A stretch of 64,000 bases of DNA. It comes from Bacteroidaceae bacterium (lineage in GTDB: Bacteria > Bacteroidota > Bacteroidia > Bacteroidales > Barnesiellaceae_A). Within the stretch, counting starts at the first letter, position 1. Every line of letters starts with the position of its first letter. The stretch covers positions 232-64,231 of the forward strand of contig JAFUOV010000005.1 in assembly GCA_017481745.1 (NCBI GenBank), written 5' to 3'. Position numbers and translations under genes: made by a program. This document shows positions 16,335 through 24,875 of this stretch, piece after piece. A model generated the notes under the pieces. The model did not search any database. It saw only the letters and a list, made by a program, of their open reading frames with translations, and was not told the DNA's origin.

Positions 16335-17564
16335 CTACGCTTTTTTCTCTAATTTCTTGCGGAGGATGTGTGCGGGGTAGCCGGCGGTGAGGGCGCCAAG
16401 GAGTAGTACGATAGCTGTAACGATGAGGGTGTCGCTCCACTCGATGCGTACGGGGTAGGCTTCGACGATGAAAGTATTGGCTTCGCCGTTACCCAGTTGC
16501 AGCAAGCCGAACTCTTGTTGCAGCCAGCATAGCAATGTGCCTACTACGAGTCCCGATAGAGCGCCTATCATAGAGATGAGCCAGCCCTCGGTCATGAAGA
16601 TGCGGGTGATGAGCCGGTCGTCGGCACCGAGCTTGCGCAGGGTGGCGATGTCGTCTTGCTTGTCGACGATGAGCATCGAGAGCGAGCCGACAATGTTGAA
16701 TGTGGCTATAAGCAGTATAAAGGCGAGGATAAGGAAGGTAATCCACTTTTCTATCTGTATCCAGCGGTACGACTCGCCGTTCTGCATGAGGCGGTCTTGG
16801 ATGATGTAGCCGTCGCCCAATCGTTGTTGCAGGCGGTCTATTACCTTGTGTGTCGATGCGCCCGGTGTGGTGCACAGCTCTATGCTTGTTGCCTCGGTGG
16901 GGTAGTCGAAGAGGGTGCGTGCATCGTCGAGGGGGATGTATATGACGTTGTCGTCGTATTGTGTCTGGTTGGTGTAGAACGTAGCCGACACGAAAAAACG
17001 TTGCGAGGTGAACGAGCCGGCGGGATTGGCAAGGTTGACACGACGGTTGCGTTGTGGGGCATATAGTTCGATGGGGCGGGCAAAGTTGGCACCGGCTTCG
17101 AGTTTAGCCCCCACGCCTATGCCTATGATGGCATACGACACAATCTCGTCTTGCAGCAGATATTCGCCATTGTATAGGGTACGGTCGAGGGCTATGCCTT
17201 GGTTGTAATCGAGGGGTATGCCCTTCACGACGACCGGCATCTGGCGTTGGTACACAGCCAAGGCTGTCTCTTCGATGACGGGGGTAAGGTATGCCACGTC
17301 GTCCCACGCAGCTATTTCGTCCCATGCCTCTATTGTGCCGTCGATGGTCTTGCCCTCGGCAGGAAGTATCTTTATCTCGGGCTGTATGTCGGATAGCAGC
17401 GAGTCGATGAGGCTCGAGAAGCCGTTATATACCGACAGTGTGCATATAAGTGCAGCCGTAATGAGTGCCACTCCGCACACCGATATAATAGATATGATGT
17501 TGATGGCAGAGTGCGATTTCTTGGAGAAAAGATACCTTGATGCTATGCGCAGGGCGAGAGACAT
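16335..17564 (-). CDS. ABC transporter permease, FtsX/LolE-like
   Basis: 409 aa, N-terminal TM helix, large periplasmic loop, C-terminal FtsX-type 3-TM bundle (DIATLRKLGA motif). Confidence 0.8.
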   Translation of the reverse strand: MSLALRIASRYLFSKKSHSAINIISIISVCGVALITAALICTLSVYNGFSSLIDSLLSDIQPEIKILPAEGKTIDGTIEAWDEIAAWDDVAYLTPVIEETALAVYQRQMPVVVKGIPLDYNQGIALDRTLYNGEYLLQDEIVSYAIIGIGVGAKLEAGANFARPIELYAPQRNRRVNLANPAGSFTSQRFFVSATFYTNQTQYDDNVIYIPLDDARTLFDYPTEATSIELCTTPGASTHKVIDRLQQRLGDGYIIQDRLMQNGESYRWIQIEKWITFLILAFILLIATFNIVGSLSMLIVDKQDDIATLRKLGADDRLITRIFMTEGWLISMIGALSGLVVGTLLCWLQQEFGLLQLGNGEANTFIVEAYPVRIEWSDTLIVTAIVLLLGALTAGYPAHILRKKLEKKA

Positions 17565-17577
17565 AGACGTTGCAGGG

Positions 17578-17913
17578 TTATTTGCGTAGCAAGTTGTCGA
17601 TGTTCTCGATATAGTCGAGCGAGTCGTCGAGGTAGAAGTGCAACTCGGGCATTTTGCGCAACTGGTATCTTACGCGTTGCGCCAGTTGGTAGCGTATCTC
17701 GCGCGACGAGGCGTTGACGGCTTCGATAGTGGCTTGTGCCTTCTCGGAGGGGAATACGCTCAAGTATGCCTTGGCGATGCTCAAGTCGGGGCTGATGCGC
17801 ACGATGCTCACCGATACCAATGTGCCGGGCATCTTGCGGGTTTCGGTCAAGAATATTTCGCTCAACTCCTTCTGTATCAAGCGACATATTTTGTTTTGTC
17901 TTGTTGTTTCCAT
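17578..17913 (-). CDS. rbfA: Ribosome-binding factor A
   Basis: 111 aa; motif-level resemblance to RbfA (R...I...L..I, SPDLSIAKAYLSV). Confidence 0.9.
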   Translation of the reverse strand: METTRQNKICRLIQKELSEIFLTETRKMPGTLVSVSIVRISPDLSIAKAYLSVFPSEKAQATIEAVNASSREIRYQLAQRVRYQLRKMPELHFYLDDSLDYIENIDNLLRK

Positions 17914-17971
17914 ATTGTTCTATGAGGTTTTATCTTGCAAAATAACACAATTCTTGTCGATGCAACAAGTG

Positions 17972-18610
17972 TTATTGCGGTTTTTTCCATAAAATAGTGA
18001 GTCCGTCGCGTAGGGGCAGTATCACCTTTTCTACGCGGTCGTCGGTAGCGACGAAGTTGTTAAACTCGACAATACCCACCGTCTGTGGGTCGCGGCTGTC
18101 GGGCTCGGTAACCACCTTGCCGTCCCACAGCGTATTGTCGGCAAGGATTATTCCACCCGGGCGCACCAACGGCAGCACTGCCTCGTAGTAGCGCAGGTAG
18201 TCGCGCTTGTTGGCATCAATAAACACGAGGTCGTAGGTGTCGGTGAGGGTTTTGATAGTCTCGAGAGCATCGCCGATATACATCTTCACCTTGTCGCCAT
18301 AGGGCGATTGTGCAAAGTGTTCGCGGGCAAAGTCTTCTACCTCGTCGTCTATCTCGAGGGTGTGCACCTCGCCGTCGGGAGCCATACCCTCGGCAAAGCA
18401 TAACGCCGAGTAGCCGGTGAAAGTGCCCAATTCGAGTACGCGATGTGGCTGCACCATGCGGCATATCATCTTGAGGATGCGCCCTTGCAGGTGTCCCGAC
18501 ACCATGCGTGGTCGCAGGTGGTAGACGTGTGTATCGCGGTCGAGCCGCGCCAAGGCGGGCTCGGCGGGGTCGATGTGCCGGCAGATGTATTCTTCTATTG
18601 CGTCGTACAT
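17972..18610 (-). CDS. Class I SAM-dependent O-methyltransferase (caffeoyl-CoA OMT/YrrM-like)
   Basis: VLELGTFTGYS SAM-binding motif, FIDANK and LADN motifs. Confidence 0.8.
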   Translation of the reverse strand: MYDAIEEYICRHIDPAEPALARLDRDTHVYHLRPRMVSGHLQGRILKMICRMVQPHRVLELGTFTGYSALCFAEGMAPDGEVHTLEIDDEVEDFAREHFAQSPYGDKVKMYIGDALETIKTLTDTYDLVFIDANKRDYLRYYEAVLPLVRPGGIILADNTLWDGKVVTEPDSRDPQTVGIVEFNNFVATDDRVEKVILPLRDGLTILWKKPQ

Positions 18611-18617
18611 GGGTGGT

Positions 18618-19067
18618 CTATTGGTTGTTTATGATGCTCTCGATGGCAAGACGGTACGAGTCGAGCCCAAATCCGGCTATCGTTCCGCGGCAAGCACCGG
18701 CTATCATAGATTGTCGGCGATACTCCTCGCGGGCATGTATGTTGGATATGTGTACCTCTATAACCGGTGCATTGATGGCGCGAATGGCATCGGCAATGGC
18801 GATAGAGGTGTGGGTATAAGCCCCGGCATTGAGGATAATGGCGTTGGCAGTGAAGCCATATTGGTGCAGATAGTCGATGATAGTGCCCTCGCAGTTGCTC
18901 TGAACATACTCGATGTTGAGCCCATGATAGGCGGCACGCAGCTCGGCAAGATAGTTGTCAAACGACTTGTTGCCATAGATGCTTGTTTCGCGGCGACCCA
19001 GCAGGTTGAGGTTAGGACCGTTGATTATAACTATATTCATTGCGAAAAAGAGTTTTTTACTGTTCAA
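18618..19067 (-). CDS. aroQ: Type II 3-dehydroquinate dehydratase
   Basis: INGPNLNLLGRRE..IYG opening and HISNIHAREE.R motif. Confidence 0.92.
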   Translation of the reverse strand: MNSKKLFFAMNIVIINGPNLNLLGRRETSIYGNKSFDNYLAELRAAYHGLNIEYVQSNCEGTIIDYLHQYGFTANAIILNAGAYTHTSIAIADAIRAINAPVIEVHISNIHAREEYRRQSMIAGACRGTIAGFGLDSYRLAIESIINNQ

Positions 19068-19095
19068 AACAAACAGCGGTTTCGTTATCTTTCGT

Positions 19096-19103
19096 TACCT
19101 TTG
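19096..19103 (+). promoter_or_regulatory. -7 promoter box TACCTTTG upstream of xerD
   Basis: Exact TAnnTTTG match. Confidence 0.45.
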
Positions 19104-19181
19104 CCCTTGCGATAGAACGAATATCGTCGTTGCATCGCGGCGTACAAAAGTAGTCAAAAAAATCGGAATAGCTAACGTATT

Positions 19182-20102
19182 ATGGCAGTAGTTACACAAG
19201 ATAGCTTGTTGCGGCGTTATGTGGCATACCTTCATCTCGAAAAAGGTATGAGCTACAATACCATCGAGGCGTATACCCGCGATGTCGAGAAGCTGTTGCG
19301 GTATATCGCCACCGACAACCTCTCGCTGCGCGATGTGGGTCGCAGTACGTTGCACGATTTTGTGTGTACGTTGCAGGATGTAGGCATCGGGGCGCGCTCG
19401 CAGGCGCGGGTTATCTCGGGTATCAAGTCGTTCTTCAAGTTTCTGAAACTCGAGGGTTACATTGCCGAGGATGCTGCCGATAGGTTGGAGATGCCGCAGA
19501 CGGGTCGTCATCTGCCCGAGGTGCTCACCGTCGACGAGATAGATGCCATGCTCTCGTCGATAGACCTCACCGCTGCCGAGGGGCAGCGCAACCGAGCCAT
19601 TCTCGAGGTGCTGTATAGTTGCGGACTGCGTGTGTCGGAGTTGGTGGGCTTGCGCCTCTCGCAGCTCTATCTTGCCGACGAGTATATATGTGTAGAGGGC
19701 AAGGGCAACAAGCAGCGGTTGGTGCCCATCTCGCCACAAGCTGTGCGCGAGATAGAGTTGTATATGCCTTGTCGCGCCCTGCTCGACATCAAGCCCGGCG
19801 AGGAAGACTACCTCTTCCTCAATCGTCGCGGCAGACACCTCACGCGGGTGATGGTGTTCTATATTGTGCGCGATGCTTGTGCGCGATGCGGCATAGAGAA
19901 GACGGTGAGCCCGCACACCTTGCGCCACTCGTTTGCCACCCATTTGCTCGAGAATGGTGCCAACTTGCGCGCCATACAGCAGATGCTGGGGCACGAAAGC
20001 ATCACCACCACCGAGATATATGTGCACCTCGACAAGCACTTCTTGCGACGTGAGGTGCTGGAGCATCATCCGCGCAACAACCCGCAAATATGTGATAAGT
20101 AG
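19182..20102 (+). CDS. xerD: Site-specific tyrosine recombinase XerD
   Basis: N-terminal SAM-like domain (YLHLEKGMSYNTIEAY), catalytic R..HTLRHSFATHLL..LLGH..TTEIYVH with terminal Tyr. Confidence 0.85.
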   Translation: MAVVTQDSLLRRYVAYLHLEKGMSYNTIEAYTRDVEKLLRYIATDNLSLRDVGRSTLHDFVCTLQDVGIGARSQARVISGIKSFFKFLKLEGYIAEDAADRLEMPQTGRHLPEVLTVDEIDAMLSSIDLTAAEGQRNRAILEVLYSCGLRVSELVGLRLSQLYLADEYICVEGKGNKQRLVPISPQAVREIELYMPCRALLDIKPGEEDYLFLNRRGRHLTRVMVFYIVRDACARCGIEKTVSPHTLRHSFATHLLENGANLRAIQQMLGHESITTTEIYVHLDKHFLRREVLEHHPRNNPQICDK

Positions 20103-20176
20103 TTTAAAAATGTCGACTATTTAATTAAATTAATTAAAAAGCGAGCTACTTTCTGGGCATTATCAATAAGATTTCG

Positions 20177-20184
20177 TACTTTTG
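20177..20184 (+). promoter_or_regulatory. -7 promoter box TACTTTTG
   Basis: Exact TAnnTTTG match 57 nt upstream of the ATG at 20241. Confidence 0.45.
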
Positions 20185-20240
20185 TACCTTGAAATAAAAG
20201 CGATAATAAAAACAAAAAAATAACTTTAAAACATTACATT

Positions 20241-21917
20241 ATGAGAAGAAAACTAACAATCCAAATGCTGTGCCTTTGCTTGTTGGCGTTGGTAGGTTGT
20301 AACAAAGAGATGACTCCTCTTACAGCCGATTATTTCAAGGTAAATCCCTCGCCCCTCGAAGCAAAAGGCGGTATGGTAGAAGCTACTGTAACCGGTACAT
20401 TCCCCGAGAAGTACTTCAACAAGAAAGCCGTTGTTACCGTAACACCCTATTTGGTATATGCCGAAGGCGAAACAGCCGGTGCTCCCTTTACCTATCAAGG
20501 CGAGAAAGTGCAAGGCAACGACCAAACTATCAGCTACAAAGCCGGTGGCGTTGTAACCATGCCCGTTGCATTTAAGTATATCCCCGAGATGCAAAAGTCG
20601 GCTCTCTACCTCTCGTTCAACGTACAACAAGGCAAGAAAACCTATGAATTGCCTCGCGTGAAAGTTGCCGATGGTGTGGTAGCTACTGCCGAGCTTGCCA
20701 ATGCAGCTACTGTAACACCCGCTATTACTGCCGATAAGTTCCAACGCATCATCAAAGAGATGTATTCGGCAGACATCAAGTTCCTCATTCAACAAACCAA
20801 CATCCGCGCAGAGGAGTTGAAGTCGGCAGATATGAATGCTTTCCACAGCCAAATGCGTGAGGCAAATGCCGCCGAGAATGTTGAGATTGAGAACGTAAAC
20901 ATCTCTTCTTACGCTTCGCCCGATGGTAACATCGACCTCAACACCCGCTTGGCAGAAGGTCGTGAGGCCAACACTGTGAAGATGATGGAGAAACAATGGA
21001 AGAAAGACGGTATCACTGCCGACCTTACTGCCGAGTTTACTGCCGAGGACTGGGACGGCTTCAAAGAGCTCGTTTCTGCCTCTAACATCCAAGACAAAGA
21101 CCTCATCCTCCGTGTGTTGGAGATGAACAAAGACCCCGAGCAACGCGAGAAAGAGATTAAAAACCTCTCGTCTATTTATAGCGCATTGGCAGACGAAATC
21201 TTGCCTCAATTGCGCCGTTCACGCATCACTGCATCTATCAACGTAATTGGTAAATCGGACGACGAAATCTCGGCTCTTGCTGCCAACGACCCCGCATCGT
21301 TGTCGGTTGACGAATTGCTCTATGCTGCTACACTCGTTAAGAGCAACTCTGCCAAGAGCGAGATCTATCGCAAAGTTACCGAAATCTATCCCGACGACTA
21401 TCGCGGTTACAACAACTTGGGTATGATGTACTACAAAGCCGGCAACTATAGCGAGGCAGAGCGCCTCTATGCCGAGGCTGCCAAACGCGCTCCCGAGTCG
21501 GCAGAGGTAGCTATGAACAAAGGTCTTATCGAGTTGTACGAAGGCAACTATGCCGATGCTGCTGCTGCCTTTGGTAAAGCCGGTAACGTGCCCGAGGTGA
21601 ACGAGGCTCTCGGTGTATATTACACCAAGAAGGGCGACTACAATGCTGCTGTTAAAGCCTTTGGCGACAGCAAGAGCAACAACGCCGCTTTGGCTCAAAT
21701 CATGGTGAAAGACTATAACAAAGCTCGCACTACATTGGGCGGCATCACTACTCCCGATGCTACCACATACTACTTGCTTGCCTTGCTTGGTGCGCGTACC
21801 AACAACGAGCAAATGGTAACTACCAACTTGCGCCAATCTTTCCGCCTCGACTCTAACATGCGCGAAAGAATTGTCAAAGACTTGGAGTTTGTTAAGTTCG
21901 ACCTTTCAAATATCTAA
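20241..21917 (+). CDS. Lipoprotein with C-terminal tetratricopeptide repeats
   Basis: Lipobox LALVGC; C-terminal half has TPR-like A..Y..A repeats (YNNLGMMYYKAGNYSEAERLYAEA...). Confidence 0.6.
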   Translation: MRRKLTIQMLCLCLLALVGCNKEMTPLTADYFKVNPSPLEAKGGMVEATVTGTFPEKYFNKKAVVTVTPYLVYAEGETAGAPFTYQGEKVQGNDQTISYKAGGVVTMPVAFKYIPEMQKSALYLSFNVQQGKKTYELPRVKVADGVVATAELANAATVTPAITADKFQRIIKEMYSADIKFLIQQTNIRAEELKSADMNAFHSQMREANAAENVEIENVNISSYASPDGNIDLNTRLAEGREANTVKMMEKQWKKDGITADLTAEFTAEDWDGFKELVSASNIQDKDLILRVLEMNKDPEQREKEIKNLSSIYSALADEILPQLRRSRITASINVIGKSDDEISALAANDPASLSVDELLYAATLVKSNSAKSEIYRKVTEIYPDDYRGYNNLGMMYYKAGNYSEAERLYAEAAKRAPESAEVAMNKGLIELYEGNYADAAAAFGKAGNVPEVNEALGVYYTKKGDYNAAVKAFGDSKSNNAALAQIMVKDYNKARTTLGGITTPDATTYYLLALLGARTNNEQMVTTNLRQSFRLDSNMRERIVKDLEFVKFDLSNI

Positions 21918-21935
21918 TAGAAAGTAATCATTATA

Positions 21936-21974
21936 GCGAGGTTGCCCTCTGTGGCAGCCTCGCTCTTGTTTTTT
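21936..21974 (+). terminator. Intrinsic terminator after the TPR lipoprotein gene
   Basis: Stem GCGAGGTTGCC/GGCAGCCTCGC followed by TCTTGTTTTTT. Confidence 0.75.
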
Positions 21975-22016
21975 AGAGAATATTCGTTTCTCGCCACTCC
22001 CATAAAACGTAGTGTT

Positions 22017-24446
22017 ATGAATTGGAAAGCAAATGTAAAGAAGGCTTTGCCTTATGTGTTGTCAGTCGTATTTTTTGCGGTTGTGTCGTACCTCTATTTT
22101 GCACCCGAGATTTTCGAGGGCAAGATACTGTTTCAACACGATACACAGCAGGGTATAGCCATCGGTCAGGAGGCAAAGGCGTTTAAAGAGGCTACCGGCG
22201 AGACAACTCGCTGGACCAATACTACCTTCTCGGGTATGCCCACGTTCCAGATTGCGCCTTCGTATGCCAATTATCCCATTATCCGACACATCGAGCATGC
22301 CTATAGCTTGTGGATGACAAGTCCCGCTTCGCTCGTTTTCATTATGTTGGTGGGCTTCTTTATCTTTATGCTTTCCATGGGTTGTAAGTGGCACTATGCG
22401 GTGCTGGGCGCTATTGCCTACGCCTTTTCGTCCTACTTCTTTATCATCATTCAGGCAGGACACATCTGGAAGTTTGTAACCCTTGCATACATACCGCCTA
22501 CATTGGCAGGTATCGTGTGGGCATACCGCGGTCGCTACCTCTTGGGTGGCGGTGTGGCAGCACTCTTTGCCATGTTGCAGATTGCATCCAACCACATACA
22601 GATGTCGTATTACTTCCTCTTCGTTATCGTTGCTATGGTTGTAGCGTATGCCGTCGAACTGATACGCGAGAAGAAAACTGCTCAATTCCTCAAGGCGAGT
22701 GGTGTGCTCGTGGTGGCTGCGGCGCTTGCCATAGGTGCCAACTTACCCTCGCTATATCACACACAGAAGTATAGCAAGGAGACCATGCGTGGCGGACACT
22801 CGGAGCTTACTGCCACTACCGGTGGCGCTGCTGCCGAGTCTCAAAGCGGATTGAGCAAGGATTATATTACCCAATGGAGCTATGGCAAGATGGAGACTGT
22901 CTCGCTGCTTATTCCCAACATTAAGGGTGGCGCATCGGGTATGTTGTCGAGCCACGAGAAGGCTGTCGAGGCTGCATCGTCGTCGGTACGACCCTATCTG
23001 TCGCAAGTCAACAGCTATTGGGGCGACCAACCCGGCACTTCGGGTCCTGTGTATGTGGGTGCTATCATCTGCATGCTGTTTGTAATGGGATGCATCACCA
23101 TCAAGTCGCCCATGAAGTGGGCTTTGATAGCTGCCACAATCCTCTCGATACTCCTCTCTTGGGGCAAGAATTTTATGCCGCTTACCGATTGGTTTATCGA
23201 CTATTTCCCCATGTATAACAAGTTCCGTACGGTGTCGAGTATCTTGGTTGTTGCCGAGTTCTGCATCCCTGTGTTGGCTATCATGGCATTGAAACAATTC
23301 TTTGAAAGCCCCGACAAGAAGCAACTCAAGGCAATGTTTGTTGCCACCGGCATCACTGCCGGCATTGCACTCTTGGCGTATGTTGCACCCGGATTGTTCG
23401 GCTCGTTCACCAGCTGTTACGAGAACGATATGATAGCACAAAACGCTCAGTTGCGCCCGCTCTTCGACGATATTGCCGAGGCACGCCAAGCAGTGTTCAG
23501 TGCCGATGCCTTGCGCACATTATTATATATAGCTGCGGCTGCCCTCGTCATGTACCTCGTGGGCTCAGGTCGCTTCAAGAAACAATGGGCTTTGTTGTTG
23601 CTCGGCGTGTTGCTCATTGCCGATATGGGTACGGTGAACAAGCGCTACCTCAATGGCGACTCGTTTGTCGAAAATCGTCGCAAGAGCGATCCTTTCCCCA
23701 TGACACAAGTCGACAAGTATATCCTGCAAGACCCCGATCCCAACTATCGCGTGTTTAATCTTGCAGCCGGCGACCCCTTCAGCGATGCCCGCACGTCATA
23801 CTATCACAAGTCGGTAGGTGGCTATCATGCTGCCAAGTTGGCTCGTTATCAAGACCTTATCAACCGTCAACTCTCGCGCATGAGTGAGCCTGTGCTCAAT
23901 ATGCTCAATACCAAGTACTTCATCGTACCCTTGCAAGATGGCAATGTTACCGTACAGCAGAACCCCGATGCCATGGGCAATGCGTGGTTTGTCGACGAGG
24001 TGCAATGGGTAGATAATGCCGATGCCGAGATGGCTGCACTCGACACCTTCGACCCCGCTCGCACAGCCGTTGTCGACCGCCGATTTGCCGAGTTGATAGA
24101 TGATACCGCCGTTGCGGCAGCCGAGGGCGATACTATACACCTCACTTCATATTGCCCCAACGAGTTGCGCTACATAAGCCATGCCGCCAACGACCGCATT
24201 GCCGTATTCTCCGAGATATACTTCCCATGGGGCTGGCACGTTACCATCGACAGTGCACCCGTCAAAGAGGCTCGCGCCAACTACGTCTTGCGTGCGCTCA
24301 ACATCCCCGCCGGCACACACGAAATAGTATTCCGCTTCGAACCCACATCCATTGCCACTACCGAGCATATCGCCTTTGCCTCTATGGCAGGCATCCTACT
24401 CATGCTCCTCGCCGCCATCTTCGTGCGATGCAGGTTGAAAGGTTAG
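22017..24446 (+). CDS. YfhO-family large polytopic membrane protein (putative glycosyl-transfer/lipid-linked glycan function)
   Basis: About 12 or more TM helices in the N-terminal two thirds, soluble C-terminal domain, then a final TM helix. ATG 22017 is chosen because the tracked start at 21942 lies inside the upstream terminator. Confidence 0.6.
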   Translation: MNWKANVKKALPYVLSVVFFAVVSYLYFAPEIFEGKILFQHDTQQGIAIGQEAKAFKEATGETTRWTNTTFSGMPTFQIAPSYANYPIIRHIEHAYSLWMTSPASLVFIMLVGFFIFMLSMGCKWHYAVLGAIAYAFSSYFFIIIQAGHIWKFVTLAYIPPTLAGIVWAYRGRYLLGGGVAALFAMLQIASNHIQMSYYFLFVIVAMVVAYAVELIREKKTAQFLKASGVLVVAAALAIGANLPSLYHTQKYSKETMRGGHSELTATTGGAAAESQSGLSKDYITQWSYGKMETVSLLIPNIKGGASGMLSSHEKAVEAASSSVRPYLSQVNSYWGDQPGTSGPVYVGAIICMLFVMGCITIKSPMKWALIAATILSILLSWGKNFMPLTDWFIDYFPMYNKFRTVSSILVVAEFCIPVLAIMALKQFFESPDKKQLKAMFVATGITAGIALLAYVAPGLFGSFTSCYENDMIAQNAQLRPLFDDIAEARQAVFSADALRTLLYIAAAALVMYLVGSGRFKKQWALLLLGVLLIADMGTVNKRYLNGDSFVENRRKSDPFPMTQVDKYILQDPDPNYRVFNLAAGDPFSDARTSYYHKSVGGYHAAKLARYQDLINRQLSRMSEPVLNMLNTKYFIVPLQDGNVTVQQNPDAMGNAWFVDEVQWVDNADAEMAALDTFDPARTAVVDRRFAELIDDTAVAAAEGDTIHLTSYCPNELRYISHAANDRIAVFSEIYFPWGWHVTIDSAPVKEARANYVLRALNIPAGTHEIVFRFEPTSIATTEHIAFASMAGILLMLLAAIFVRCRLKG

Positions 24447-24500
24447 AGATGAGGGTTTAGAGTGTAGTGTTTAGTGTTTAGAGACATAAGAACAAAAGAA
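24441..24500 (+). repeat. Heptad array + TAAGAACA module relic abutting the yfhO-like stop codon
   Basis: GGTTAGAGATGAGGGTTTAGAGTGTAGTGTTTAGTGTTTAGAGACATAAGAACAAAAGAA; the TAG stop at 24444-24446 lies in the first heptad. Confidence 0.8.
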
Positions 24501-24819
24501 TACGAGCCGAAATGCCGTCTGAAAGACGTGTCGAGGGTTGAAAGCCCGAGTATGGATAACCCCCAACGAATGAGCCGATAGGCGAATGAAGTTGGGGGGA
24601 TGTTGCCAACCCACCACGCCACCGTCTGTAAAGACGAGAAGCCCCATCGCAATCCTCGCCGGAAAAAACCGTATTGCCATGCCCAACCCACCACGCCGGC
24701 AGATGACTGCTATATACCTTATACCCGGCACTTCGCTCGCCGATGGCTCGCTCGTACCGGGCTATTGATTTCGCGGGCTTGCAGCCCTTGACACGTGCTT
24801 TGCACGTTGCTAAACAAAA

Positions 24820-24854
24820 GCGGGTGAGTCGAATATTCCATTCGGCTCACCCGC
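24820..24854 (-). terminator. Intrinsic terminator of rho
   Basis: 15-bp stem GCGGGTGAGTCGAAT/ATTCGGCTCACCCGC; TTTTGTTT follows on the minus strand. Confidence 0.8.
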
Positions 24855-24875
24855 GTATATTATATAATGTGTCTA

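Noticed and set aside
19095-20087. 330-aa ORF antisense to xerD
   Set aside because: Shadow ORF of a clear tyrosine recombinase gene; no recognisable domains.
19182-20102. XerD as the integrase of a mobile element
   Set aside because: The divergent aroQ-xerD pairing is a common chromosomal arrangement. There are no flanking repeats, excisionase or cargo genes, and the sequence has the XerD-type N-terminal domain.
20121-20137. TTAATTAA-A-TTAATTAA palindrome after xerD
   Set aside because: A pure A/T palindrome in an AT-rich spacer, with no flanking GC stem or partner site. It is likely fortuitous or a weak transcription-end signal.
21942-22016. Upstream start of the yfhO-like ORF
   Set aside because: The first 25 codons coincide with the terminator hairpin and T-tract of the preceding gene, and the start is non-ATG.
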